From the NCBI GenBank assembly GCA_025336685.1, contig GCA_025336685.1_4717.1: DNA of 64,000 nt, one strand, 5' to 3'. Shown piece after piece: positions 1-9,409 of this stretch. Numbering within the stretch: position 1 is the first letter of the stretch; every line of letters starts with the position of its first letter. The stretch is from Escherichia coli. Lineage in GTDB: Bacteria > Pseudomonadota > Gammaproteobacteria > Enterobacterales > Enterobacteriaceae. The position numbers and the translations under genes were made by a program. Under the pieces are notes generated by a model, which saw only the letters and a program-made list of their open reading frames with translations, was not told the origin of the DNA and did not search any database.

Positions 1-3000
1 GTTGATGCACAAGGTAACGTCGTACTTACGCTTGCCGACATGCAGAAAGGACTCGTCGATAAATACGGTAAAGCGATTCGTCGTTTAAAAGAAAAGCTCA
101 TCAACTTCGGTGTAAAAGCTTTTACGTTACCGTTAACCTTACTACGCAAGACAAAGGACATCCTTAAAACCCTTCCAGGTAAAACCGTTAACGGCCTACG
201 ACGGATGGGATTAAATTTCCAATCACCTGACGCATTATTGGTGGGAACAACGTCGAGCATGGTAGATCGTCTCGATGCTATTTACCAGCTCCTTGACCAA
301 CGTATGCCTGGTGGTGATAGGGATTATCGCGATTGGAATGGAGATGGCGTTCGAGAAGGATCGTTGGAAGACCTGAAACGTAAGCGTGCAGCCAAGGAAA
401 ACGGTAAGGATGACACTGGCAAAGATTCTAATAAAGGAGAAGAAAAGGAGAAGAAACGAGGATTACTCGGAAGCCTTTTCGATATGCTTGGCGACACCGC
501 ATTAGGTAAACGCCTCATGGCGAGTCCGCTTGGAAAAATTCTAGGTGGTCTTGGAGCGGTGTTAAGCGGCGGTGCATCGTTAACCGGGTTGTTAGGCAAA
601 GGCCTCATTAGTGGAACCGGCGCGCTGGTCAAGGGGGGACTAAGTGCGGCAGGATGGTTAGGACGTGGTGCGTTAATGGCGGGCGGGGCTGCATTGAACG
701 CTGTTGGTGGGTTATCGGGATTAGGTGCATTCCTCATCTCACCTGTTGGGCTTGCTATTGCTGGCGGTGCATTGGCTGCTTATGCAGGATGGAAGATCTA
801 TCAGCATTTCGCTGAGAAGCCTGACCCGATGCAGAAGCTCCGTCTTATTGCATACGGTGCAAAAGGGGACGATAAAGACTTCAATAAGAAGCTGCTTGCG
901 ACAGAAACATACCTCACCGACCATGTGGTTATGACTGGGGATACCATCGGATTCGATCCGAAAGCGGATTCTGAAAAGATTCTCGAAATCTGGGAATTGT
1001 CCCTGGAAGATTCCGACCGAATGAACGAATGGAAACGCTGGTATCTGCATCGTTTTATTCCTGTTTTCGCTCGTGCGTACAAACTCTGGAAAGAGCATAT
1101 GCCGGACGAGAAGAAATACATGGAAATGGATAAATATCCGAACGGTGAGAACAAGGTGAAATGGTCGGAAGCGTTTATCTGGCCTTCCGATAGTCCTGAC
1201 GGTCCGTATTACGTCGAAGCTAACCCGTTGGGTTCTTCTGGTGCGACGCGTTATATTGCTGGTCAAGACGTCAAAACCTTGATGCTGAAACAACTCGAAG
1301 CCATCAAGAAAGAGTACCAGAATCAGATCAAACAATACTCTCATGATGAGGCTATTGCTGATTGGTCACGGATGTCTGACACACAACGTAAATCCGTTGC
1401 GCCTAACGCATTACGTGGTCAGAAAGCGTCGTTACGTTTTAACGATAAGCGTTACAACAGTGCTGGCGCTAAAGGACGACAGAAGCTTGACGCAACCGCT
1501 GTTATTGAAAGCGTAGACCGTCGTGGTAGGAAATGGGTTGCTGGCGGATACATCGACGAACTCACCAGTCTCCGTGTTCGCGCGTACGGTATTAAGGTTC
1601 CGTTGTTAAGTCAGATAAAAGTGCTGATGGAACTCGAAGACGCTGTAGAACCTGGCGTAGTCGCTGAAGGTAAAGGGGTTAAATACGGTGGCGATCTTGT
1701 CGCGCTCTACAAGAAATTCGCGACGAAGTTCGGAAGAGACGTTAACAGCAAGCAGGATCAGGATATCTGGTTTGCTTGGATGAACAACCGTTTCCTACCC
1801 GTCTTTTTAACCTATTACCAACACGTTAGCGACATGGGTGGTCAAGGACTTCTGTCCGACATGGTACAGAACCTGAAAGACAGCCAACGTTGGGAAATCG
1901 GTGAAGCACTTGTCGCAACGCAATACCGTGATGAGAAAGGTGCACTCCAGCCTGTATGGTCCTGGAATAGTTGTGGTTTCTCCGGTACTGAAGCTAACAC
2001 CACCAGCAGTTCAACAAAGAGCCAACTCGATCTGTTAAAAGAATATGCGGATAAAGAGAAGGTTCGTGAGAAGAACGCGGAAGCATCGCAAGAGGACACC
2101 GATAAATTATCGAAGATCCAAGAGCTGATGATGAAGCAGGCTGGGTACGAGAAGAAAGACGGTGTCTGGCAGAAGAAATCACGCATTACCGGTGGGATGA
2201 GTAACGCCGAAGCGAATTACAACCCCAATGGGAATAGGGTAGGTGCAAGCAGCTTTACTGCTTCGGCTACTTCCAGTGCTGGGTTGGGGTCAACCGGCGA
2301 TCTTACCGGATTGCCTAACATGGGCTTACAGAAACCTGCAACGGGACCAGGTCCTGAAGCTGGACGTCGTGCGCTTGTTAAATCCGCTGTGAAACGCGGT
2401 ATTACCGATCCAATGGAAATGGCGATGTTCCTTGCAAACATCGAACATGAATCGGGGAACTACAGTCACGTACGTGAGGGGAACTATAAGACACCAGAGC
2501 GTCTTAAACAGGTCTTCCCTTACAAATTCCGTGATGTGCAGGATGCCGCACAGACGATCAGCATGGGACCAGAAGCGGTATTCGAACGCGTGTATGGTAA
2601 TCGTAAAGACTTAGGGAACACGCAGAAAGGAGACGGGGCGAAGTATTTAGGACGCGGCTTCATTCAGGTTACCGGTAAAGCTAACTACGCTCGTCTGTCC
2701 AAGACCTTGAATAAGGATCTTGTCAGCGATCCGACATACCTGGAAACGCCGGAAGGTGCGGCGGAAGGTAGTGTCGCGTGGTGGCTCAACCGAGGTAACG
2801 TATTACGCGATCCCGCAAAACGGGGTGACGTACGCCAAGTTCGTTATCTGGTTAACGGTGGTTATAACGGATTACGTGACGTTGAACAGCGCTCTGCTTA
2901 TTGGATTCAGGCGGCTAAGAACGGCACCCTGAAGAAAATGATGGACGAGTTATCGGGGTCAACATCAGACGATCAAGCTGAAGGACCGACCACCGCCGAA

Positions 3001-3534
3001 CAGGTGAAGAATGAAGCGGCCCAAGAGGCGAACGGAACACCGACGGTAAGCAACGATCCGCAAGCCCCGGCATCTTCTACCACCCCTGAAGCTAAACCGT
3101 CTGCGGCTGCCGGTACGGCTCCAGCACCCGGAGAAGCATCACCAACGCCTGTAAGTTTCGAGACAGCAAAAGCTACGGCAGGACAACCGACATCAACTCC
3201 GGCACTTAGCGATTTGCCGTCAAACCCTGGTGCAAATCGAGGGATATCGGTTCCGAATACGCCTGCACAGGTCGCGCAGTCTGCGACACAAACATCGGCT
3301 GCGAGTGAGAACTTCTACGGTAGCGCAGGTGAAATTCTCCGACAGCAGCTGACCACGCAGCAGAACATCGAGAAGAACACCGGTAGAACGAATGAACTTA
3401 TTTCGGAATTAATCCAAGCCGTTAAGGGTTCTTCTATCGGTAAGGGTTCTGCAAGTCCTTCTCAACAACAGGCGATGTCGCTACCTAATCGTCCGCAAGG
3501 AATCTCTCCAACACGGACAAGGTACGCGCAGTAG
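1..3534 (+). CDS. Giant virion-associated protein with internal GH19 lysozyme/chitinase-like domain (5'-partial; frame is open to the window edge)
   Basis: ORF open from nt 1 in the same frame as the track ORF 40..3534. FLAN-x2-HESG and YLGRGFIQVTG motifs at about nt 2380-2930 match glycoside hydrolase family 19. Gly/Ala-rich hydrophobic segment at about 480-800; Pro/Thr/Ala-rich linker at about 2960-3300. Confidence 0.7.
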   Translation, partial: VDAQGNVVLTLADMQKGLVDKYGKAIRRLKEKLINFGVKAFTLPLTLLRKTKDILKTLPGKTVNGLRRMGLNFQSPDALLVGTTSSMVDRLDAIYQLLDQRMPGGDRDYRDWNGDGVREGSLEDLKRKRAAKENGKDDTGKDSNKGEEKEKKRGLLGSLFDMLGDTALGKRLMASPLGKILGGLGAVLSGGASLTGLLGKGLISGTGALVKGGLSAAGWLGRGALMAGGAALNAVGGLSGLGAFLISPVGLAIAGGALAAYAGWKIYQHFAEKPDPMQKLRLIAYGAKGDDKDFNKKLLATETYLTDHVVMTGDTIGFDPKADSEKILEIWELSLEDSDRMNEWKRWYLHRFIPVFARAYKLWKEHMPDEKKYMEMDKYPNGENKVKWSEAFIWPSDSPDGPYYVEANPLGSSGATRYIAGQDVKTLMLKQLEAIKKEYQNQIKQYSHDEAIADWSRMSDTQRKSVAPNALRGQKASLRFNDKRYNSAGAKGRQKLDATAVIESVDRRGRKWVAGGYIDELTSLRVRAYGIKVPLLSQIKVLMELEDAVEPGVVAEGKGVKYGGDLVALYKKFATKFGRDVNSKQDQDIWFAWMNNRFLPVFLTYYQHVSDMGGQGLLSDMVQNLKDSQRWEIGEALVATQYRDEKGALQPVWSWNSCGFSGTEANTTSSSTKSQLDLLKEYADKEKVREKNAEASQEDTDKLSKIQELMMKQAGYEKKDGVWQKKSRITGGMSNAEANYNPNGNRVGASSFTASATSSAGLGSTGDLTGLPNMGLQKPATGPGPEAGRRALVKSAVKRGITDPMEMAMFLANIEHESGNYSHVREGNYKTPERLKQVFPYKFRDVQDAAQTISMGPEAVFERVYGNRKDLGNTQKGDGAKYLGRGFIQVTGKANYARLSKTLNKDLVSDPTYLETPEGAAEGSVAWWLNRGNVLRDPAKRGDVRQVRYLVNGGYNGLRDVEQRSAYWIQAAKNGTLKKMMDELSGSTSDDQAEGPTTAEQVKNEAAQEANGTPTVSNDPQAPASSTTPEAKPSAAAGTAPAPGEASPTPVSFETAKATAGQPTSTPALSDLPSNPGANRGISVPNTPAQVAQSATQTSAASENFYGSAGEILRQQLTTQQNIEKNTGRTNELISELIQAVKGSSIGKGSASPSQQQAMSLPNRPQGISPTRTRYAQ

Positions 3535-3544
3535 TCATTAGTTA

Positions 3545-3572
3545 AGGGCGGGAGATTCCCGCCCTCTTCTTG
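3545..3572 (+). terminator. Terminator-like hairpin AGGGCGGGA-GAT-TCCCGCCCT followed by CTTCTTG
   Basis: 9-bp GC-rich stem directly after the stop of the giant gene; the T-tract is weak. Confidence 0.45.
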
Positions 3573-3583
3573 AGGAATGTTAC

Positions 3584-4141
3584 ATGGGTATTCTTGTTCA
3601 AAACGCCCTAATCACCAAACAGGCGTTTTTATTACCTGGCGATAGCAGCACGCTGAGTGCCGACATGATTAAAGCGAGACATACACCGTATTCCTACGAT
3701 AACGTCGATGATACCACCTTAGGCGGGAACTGGGTGCTTAACCCACCACCGCAATATACGAAATTTGCCGACATCAAAGAACGGCGACGTGCGGTTATGC
3801 CGGGATCAACGGGCATGGGCCGAGGCTATAGTGAAAGCATTAACAGCTTTAAAGAAGTCGTTACGTTACGATTCGGTAAACCTCGCTTTACAGGCGCAAG
3901 TATCTTCTTTACCGATTTCTACGATGCGGATGTTGCCGTAACGGTTAAAACCGGTCGCGATCCCGGTATTCTTTATTACGCAGCCAAAGCGTATACCACC
4001 GTTCTTTCTTACCTCACGCCTCTACCTTACCTGTATATGGTTGACGTATCGGTCGATATTTCCCGGGTAAGCCTACCAGTCAATATTACTATCAAGTACC
4101 AACCATGCACGTGTATTGGGCGTCTTTCCAGACGCTGGTAA
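3584..4141 (+). CDS. Hypothetical protein (185 aa)
   Basis: ATG preceded by GAGGA 7 nt upstream; follows the terminator-like hairpin after the giant gene. Confidence 0.5.
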   Translation: MGILVQNALITKQAFLLPGDSSTLSADMIKARHTPYSYDNVDDTTLGGNWVLNPPPQYTKFADIKERRRAVMPGSTGMGRGYSESINSFKEVVTLRFGKPRFTGASIFFTDFYDADVAVTVKTGRDPGILYYAAKAYTTVLSYLTPLPYLYMVDVSVDISRVSLPVNITIKYQPCTCIGRLSRRW

Positions 4142-5724
4142 ACCAAACAGCGATAAACATGGGTCTTATCGCCGGTGCTGGTAAAGATAAAGGCTATGTG
4201 GAAGAAGGGGGTACCGTACTCCACCAATATTCAATCGGTGGCCAGAACGTTGAAGAATTCATCAACTACGCCTCTAAGACGCTACCGGGGATTTATAAGA
4301 AAGGTGGTGGGATCGATATCTACCAGATTGCAACACGTCGTCAGCGTATACAAAACGCATGGGTACGTCGTATTCAATCCATGATGGAAAACGATTACTC
4401 GTCTTACGAGGAGTTCTGGAACGATCTTGATAAACGACTTGATAGCGGAGCATTTCCATCGGATGTAACCGGTCGTACGTTAACGCAGTATCTCGCCGAC
4501 ACACAGAAGTCTGCTGTTTACAGTGCGACAGCTGGTGATAATAAACAAACGATGGACGACCTTTTATTCGGAAGGGCCTCATACACCAACAAGGATGCTG
4601 ATGCCAACTTCAAAGTCTCGGCGGCTACCTCCGACGGTGGTACGTCAACACAGAGTCAGGGTACAACAGCCAATGTCGGTAATTCGACATCAGGGACAAC
4701 GCAGGCTGCAACAGCAGCATCGACGGCTGGAGGTGCGAACGTACAGAGCAAAGGGATCGGTCAAACAAATGCGGCCGAGGAAGCTACGTTTCTTGATCTG
4801 ATGGATGCTGAACTGGCTGACGGTGCTCAGTTTATCAGTTTTCGAGTCGATTCTGTCACCAGCGTAACCGAAACGTTTTCAAACAGCGCTTCAGAAAGTT
4901 CAATCGCACAGACGATGAATAGCCGCGCGCAAGCGAACATCGAACGTCGTTTCACCCTCTCCGGTGGTAATACAGGTTGGGCTGTACTAGACGAAGCCAT
5001 CAAAGCCGGTTCCGATCTCGTCAATGGTGCTATTTCCGGGATGGGTCTGGATGGTATTTTTGGTGCCTTCATGGGTTCCGGATTCGCTGACATTCCGAAA
5101 TTCTATTCTGGGTCGTCAGTAAGTCTACCGCGTGCCGATCTGATGATGGAATTGCGTTCCTGGAGTGGGGACCGCTGGTCGATCTTTACGAACCTCATGG
5201 TACCTCTTTTAGCTATCCTCGCAGGTGGCTTACCTCAGGCTACCGGTAAATCGTCCTACGGGATGCCGTTCATGTGTGAGTGTTATATTCCAGGTAAAGT
5301 CCAGATTAAAATGGGTCTTATCGATAACATCACTGTGACGCGTCATGTTGGAAACGTACCATCGACACGCGAACGATTACCGTTGGGCATCGATGTCAGC
5401 TTCAGCGTTTATGACCTATCGTCCATCGTCGCAATGCCGATCACAACGACAGCTGCATCGATCGCAAAATTAGATCCTCGCGGCTTCTTAAGTGATCTTC
5501 TTGCTGATGATACTCCGCTCAACAACTATCTTGCTGTATTATCGGCATTGACACTTACGGAACAAGTTTACATGATTCCTGATTTAAGTCGTCGCATGCA
5601 TAAAACCATGGCCGATATCGATAGTTTCTGGAGCAAAGGTAATTTTGCTAGCTGGTTGTCTGACACCATGCCAGGCAGGATAGCATCAGGGCTGTTATGG
5701 AAACGTACAGAACGACCGTTCTGA
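4105..5724 (+). CDS. Hypothetical protein, possibly structural (start uncertain; alternative ATG at 4159)
   Basis: Long ORF with Ser/Thr/Gly-rich low-complexity stretch; no motif recognised. Confidence 0.5.
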   Translation: MHVYWASFQTLVNQTAINMGLIAGAGKDKGYVEEGGTVLHQYSIGGQNVEEFINYASKTLPGIYKKGGGIDIYQIATRRQRIQNAWVRRIQSMMENDYSSYEEFWNDLDKRLDSGAFPSDVTGRTLTQYLADTQKSAVYSATAGDNKQTMDDLLFGRASYTNKDADANFKVSAATSDGGTSTQSQGTTANVGNSTSGTTQAATAASTAGGANVQSKGIGQTNAAEEATFLDLMDAELADGAQFISFRVDSVTSVTETFSNSASESSIAQTMNSRAQANIERRFTLSGGNTGWAVLDEAIKAGSDLVNGAISGMGLDGIFGAFMGSGFADIPKFYSGSSVSLPRADLMMELRSWSGDRWSIFTNLMVPLLAILAGGLPQATGKSSYGMPFMCECYIPGKVQIKMGLIDNITVTRHVGNVPSTRERLPLGIDVSFSVYDLSSIVAMPITTTAASIAKLDPRGFLSDLLADDTPLNNYLAVLSALTLTEQVYMIPDLSRRMHKTMADIDSFWSKGNFASWLSDTMPGRIASGLLWKRTERPF

Positions 5725-5740
5725 TATTCACTGCATAAAC

Positions 5741-5772
5741 CCCTCTCCCTTCCCTGATGGGTTGGGAGAGGG
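5741..5772. terminator. Family hairpin CCCTCTCCCTTCCC-TGAT-GGGTTGGGAGAGGG at a convergent junction
   Basis: 14-nt arms with a TT/TT mismatch; between 4105..5724 (+) and 5779..6846 (-). Confidence 0.55.
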
Positions 5773-5778
5773 AATATG

Positions 5779-6846
5779 TTAACCTAATGTCACCGTAGGT
5801 AAATCAGGATAAAGTTTCTTCAAGCCTGCCATCGTGGTGGTAGTTGTATAATTCTTACCCATCACAGCAAGAGATGCATATTTCTTACTGCGGGAGAAAA
5901 GGGAATAAAACCCACTGGATGTTTCCATCCACATCGTGAGGAGTTCTGCGTCGTTACCGTGATAGTTCGTTTTACCCCATCCAGGTTTAAACGCATCGGC
6001 AAAATCAATTAAACGCGATGCTTCGGCGTCGTATTCTTTAAGGGTAATGTACGATGGGATACGGTAGTTACGAAACAACAACGTAATGAGTTCAGGGACA
6101 ACGCTACGAGCGCGTTCAGCCGTAATGAGTTCGGTGATAACGGCAGCCGTACGGAAATCGCCGTTGAGGCCAACGCTGCTTAACGATTCCGCTAAAGTGG
6201 TTGCCATCGCCACTTTATCCTCCGCTGACCCAGAGTCATACAGACTACGTACATCGATATAGTTGCCTGCTAATGCGGCTTGACGAATCAACGACGTGAC
6301 AACCGTCCGGTTCGTCTTATAGTCGTTGTAGCTGAATTCGGTTCGCGTTTTCCCTTGATCGTCGAGATACCGATCGACAATCGTTGATAGTTTATAATAC
6401 TCATCGCCCGACATCAGACTATCGAGGAGCTTAACGTTTCCATCTTTATCGATAAGCTTCCCTAACGCACCATTGGATTGTTGGTTAATGGTGCTGTAAA
6501 TCTGATCTTTTACTTGCGATAGGATGTTATCAGTCGACGATATATTCAGACCAGTAACATCTTTGATCTTATTCATCAACGCGTTTTCATTCAGGGAGAT
6601 TTTGCCTCCGCTGATATCGATGAAAGAATTAAGATCGCTTATGGAAATCAGGTTTCCTGTTAACGCCGATAATGTACTATTGATACTGTTCGTAATACTG
6701 CTACGAAAACTGGTTAACGCATCCGCGGCCGAAACAGCGGTACCGCTAACCGCTTTAAGGAGCGTGTCGCGCCCTGTCGAAAAATCGCTGGTGATGGTTT
6801 TGATCTTGGACGTATCTATACTCGGCAGTTTGTCGTAAAGACTCAT
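5779..6846 (-). CDS. Hypothetical protein (start moved to ATG at 6846)
   Basis: AGGAGG 5 nt upstream of ATG (MSLYDKL) on the minus strand; the track start at 6897 gives an unlikely hydrophobic leader. Confidence 0.55.
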   Translation of the reverse strand: MSLYDKLPSIDTSKIKTITSDFSTGRDTLLKAVSGTAVSAADALTSFRSSITNSINSTLSALTGNLISISDLNSFIDISGGKISLNENALMNKIKDVTGLNISSTDNILSQVKDQIYSTINQQSNGALGKLIDKDGNVKLLDSLMSGDEYYKLSTIVDRYLDDQGKTRTEFSYNDYKTNRTVVTSLIRQAALAGNYIDVRSLYDSGSAEDKVAMATTLAESLSSVGLNGDFRTAAVITELITAERARSVVPELITLLFRNYRIPSYITLKEYDAEASRLIDFADAFKPGWGKTNYHGNDAELLTMWMETSSGFYSLFSRSKKYASLAVMGKNYTTTTTMAGLKKLYPDLPTVTLG

Positions 6847-6928
6847 CACGTCCTCCTGAAAAAGAAAAAAGAAATACGGCATAAAGCCTACCCACACAAT
6901 GGTGGGTAGGCTAAGATCAACATCGATG

Positions 6929-7441
6929 TTAAACTTCTTCGTTTTCTGAACCTAATGATTCAGCATCTGGATCGTCAACAGGAATTGTTGCGTCAAAATA
7001 CCGTTTCGTATGCGTGGTCGTATATCCTACACTATCTGTGATGGAAATCGTAAACGTGACTTCTCTCGCACGGATTAAGCGTAGTTTATTCATGAAGTTA
7101 CGGAACGGCATCGATCCCCGATTCAACTCCTTAATGACGTTTCCTCGAATACTGGAAATGTCTTTATTCGTTTTATCAGGATGTCGTTTCTTCACATCAC
7201 GCATATGTCGGGTAATATACGAATTGAGCTGATTTGCGCCGATCCCTCTCTCCGTATAAATCTGCAACAGGAACTCCGTAAGGAAATCCTGTCTACCCGT
7301 AGGCGTCCAGAAATTGTTACCGTGATTGTAGTTAGTCGCTCGTCCTCGATTACTTTGAGGATTTTCATCATCGTTTTCGTCACAACGCTTAAGCGGATTA
7401 ATGCGTGCTCGGAAAGAGACTTCATTATATTTATTTGTCAT
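6929..7441 (-). CDS. Hypothetical protein (start moved to ATG at 7441)
   Basis: ATGA stop/start overlap with the upstream gene 7438..7953 suggests translational coupling. Confidence 0.5.
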   Translation of the reverse strand: MTNKYNEVSFRARINPLKRCDENDDENPQSNRGRATNYNHGNNFWTPTGRQDFLTEFLLQIYTERGIGANQLNSYITRHMRDVKKRHPDKTNKDISSIRGNVIKELNRGSMPFRNFMNKLRLIRAREVTFTISITDSVGYTTTHTKRYFDATIPVDDPDAESLGSENEEV

Positions 7442-7953
7442 AATACACCAGTGTACTGACTGAGTGCGAAGGTTAGGAGTTCGCAACAGTCTCTCGCTAG
7501 TTTCCTTGTTTTGCGTAATCCATAAGCCGCATCCAAATCGTCACGTTCTGCCAGCGCGTCTAACCACGTCGCAAGTATGCGTCCATACTCGATAACGTCA
7601 CGCATGAGAACGTCGAACTGGATAACACGACCATCGGCATCAGCAAGCCAACGATTGAATGTGATTTGTGGTGCTAGTATTGCATATGTTCTCTCCTCTA
7701 ATGCTATTATGTTTATGTTGCCTTCGTTATCGAACGCTTGATGCCAACGGCGAAGGTCAAGCATCAACGACTCAGCGTCCATATACCACAACGGTAAATA
7801 CGTTTTACGTGCAACGCGTATATCGTAGATGTTGTGAACCCAGGACGTTGTTTTATAAAGCAACAAGAGTTCGTTTAACCGTTGCCTATCATCTTGAAAC
7901 GTCTTCCTTTTATAACGTTGGAATGCACGCCTCAAGAAAAAGCGATGTAACAT
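7438..7953 (-). CDS. Hypothetical protein (171 aa)
   Basis: ORF in a co-directional minus-strand block; divergent from 8087..8716. Confidence 0.5.
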   Translation of the reverse strand: MLHRFFLRRAFQRYKRKTFQDDRQRLNELLLLYKTTSWVHNIYDIRVARKTYLPLWYMDAESLMLDLRRWHQAFDNEGNINIIALEERTYAILAPQITFNRWLADADGRVIQFDVLMRDVIEYGRILATWLDALAERDDLDAAYGLRKTRKLARDCCELLTFALSQYTGVL

Positions 7954-8033
7954 GGCATCACCTATGTATCATTCTTGCAGGCATCAATGAAACCATCACA
8001 AGAAGGTAACGTTATACGTCGCCTCCATGACAG

Positions 8034-8054
8034 TCATCATGAAGGTAATATAGT
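8034..8054 (+). promoter_or_regulatory. Conserved 21-mer CATCATGAAGGTAATATAGTC (candidate promoter), about 32 nt upstream of the 8087 start
   Basis: Identical 21-mer recurs at 35790..35810; contains a TATAGT (-10-like) hexamer with ATGACA 16 nt upstream at this site. Confidence 0.45.
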
Positions 8055-8086
8055 CCTGTTATTTTTTTCAATACGGAGAATGTAAA

Positions 8087-8716
8087 ATGAGCGAATACGG
8101 TGTTGTCCCCGTAGATGATGAACCGCAAGAGGCACCCGATAAATTCGAGGTCCGTCTTGACGAAACCCGTAATATCCGTCAACGATTTATTCAACGTCTT
8201 GAAATGCTGTTAGATAGCGAATTCAAAGATTTTGAGCGTAACCCCGGTGTAGATAATAAAGCCATTGTTGACGTCGAAAACGTCGACCGAATAGGTAAGC
8301 TGTTGTTGAAATCGTTGGGTGATAACGATAAAGTCGACTTAACGTTGAAACGTATCAGCGCCGACCAGGCTATGAACGACAGCGCATTGAAAACAGCACA
8401 GGCCCTAACCGAAACCATGCTGCGCCGCTTAGGTCAGATAGATGAACATCCTCTCGCAGCAGGGGCTGTTTACGATGGCGAAGTCGTGAAGTCAGTTACG
8501 CCTGAAGAACGCGATCGTCGACTTGGTTTTGCATCGTTGGAAGAGTTTAATAGCAAGGAGTTTTCACCAGGCGTTCTCATCCAGGGACGTGTCGAAGAAA
8601 CCAGTGATGCTTTCTACGCTAGAATGGCTCAACTGACGGAGTCGGTTCGTGAGGAGGTGTCTCAGAAGATGGCTGCAGATCATCAGTCTTCGGAGGCGTC
8701 ACACGAGGAGGAATAA
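8087..8716 (+). CDS. Acidic hypothetical protein (209 aa)
   Basis: ORF downstream of the conserved motif; Glu/Asp-rich, acidic C-terminus. 3' end overlaps the convergent ORF 8619..9407 by about 98 nt. Confidence 0.5.
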   Translation: MSEYGVVPVDDEPQEAPDKFEVRLDETRNIRQRFIQRLEMLLDSEFKDFERNPGVDNKAIVDVENVDRIGKLLLKSLGDNDKVDLTLKRISADQAMNDSALKTAQALTETMLRRLGQIDEHPLAAGAVYDGEVVKSVTPEERDRRLGFASLEEFNSKEFSPGVLIQGRVEETSDAFYARMAQLTESVREEVSQKMAADHQSSEASHEEE

Positions 8717-9407
8717 AATAACTGAACCATTTTATCCCAAAGAACCGCATGAACATCACGGGTGCGTTAGAAAGTTCGATTGCTTCGTAAAGTTTGTCAT
8801 AAGCCAGATCGGAATCAGGGATGGTTTCGCTGATTCGTCTGGCGACAACCAACACGTTACAAATCGGATTATCTTCTAACAACATCTGATTGGGGAGGTG
8901 CCAGCGTTTGAAATCGTAAAAGAACATCGCGTTATACGTCTTACGGATTTCTGATGGATGCAGTGTGGCCGGATGACGGTAAATAATCTCGACGCTATCT
9001 TGCGCACCGAGGTATTGCTGAATACCTTCTTTTAACGCGGTCGCTGCATCTCCCACAAATTCAAACGGGTACGTATTCACGTGAACCGAAAAATCCGGCG
9101 TAGCAATCCCCGTTAAGCGGTCTTTCATGTAATCCGCGACCACATAACACAGCCGCCACATCAACTCCGTCGGGATGCATTTATCGAGAATGGTTTCGTC
9201 GATATTTGCCATCGCGTCCTTAAACTCTTCGTAAGTATAAGTAACGCCCGCCTGCTTCTCCGGCTCCAGGTTATAGGGTCGGTAATGCCATTTCTTCCCC
9301 CACTTTCTGATAGCCTCCGGATCCAACGTTGTTGCTACCGCCATTTCGATATCAAGCAGTGCTTCGAGTTCTACGTACACCGTCACCAATGCTACACTTC
9401 CAGTCAT
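8619..9407 (-). CDS. Hypothetical protein (262 aa)
   Basis: Long ORF abutting 9410..10111; Pro/Thr-rich C-terminus; overlaps the 3' end of 8087..8716. Confidence 0.5.
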   Translation of the reverse strand: MTGSVALVTVYVELEALLDIEMAVATTLDPEAIRKWGKKWHYRPYNLEPEKQAGVTYTYEEFKDAMANIDETILDKCIPTELMWRLCYVVADYMKDRLTGIATPDFSVHVNTYPFEFVGDAATALKEGIQQYLGAQDSVEIIYRHPATLHPSEIRKTYNAMFFYDFKRWHLPNQMLLEDNPICNVLVVARRISETIPDSDLAYDKLYEAIELSNAPVMFMRFFGIKWFSYFIPPRVTPPKTDDLQPSSETPPHEPTPSVEPF

Positions 9408-9409
9408 TG

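Noticed and set aside
324-2441. Multiple antisense or alternative-frame ORFs (e.g. 324..737, 739..1344, 1842..2186, 2217..2441) inside the giant virion gene
   Set aside because: They are embedded in a long continuous plus-strand ORF with clear domain content; their low-complexity Pro/Ser-rich translations are typical of spurious reverse-frame ORFs.
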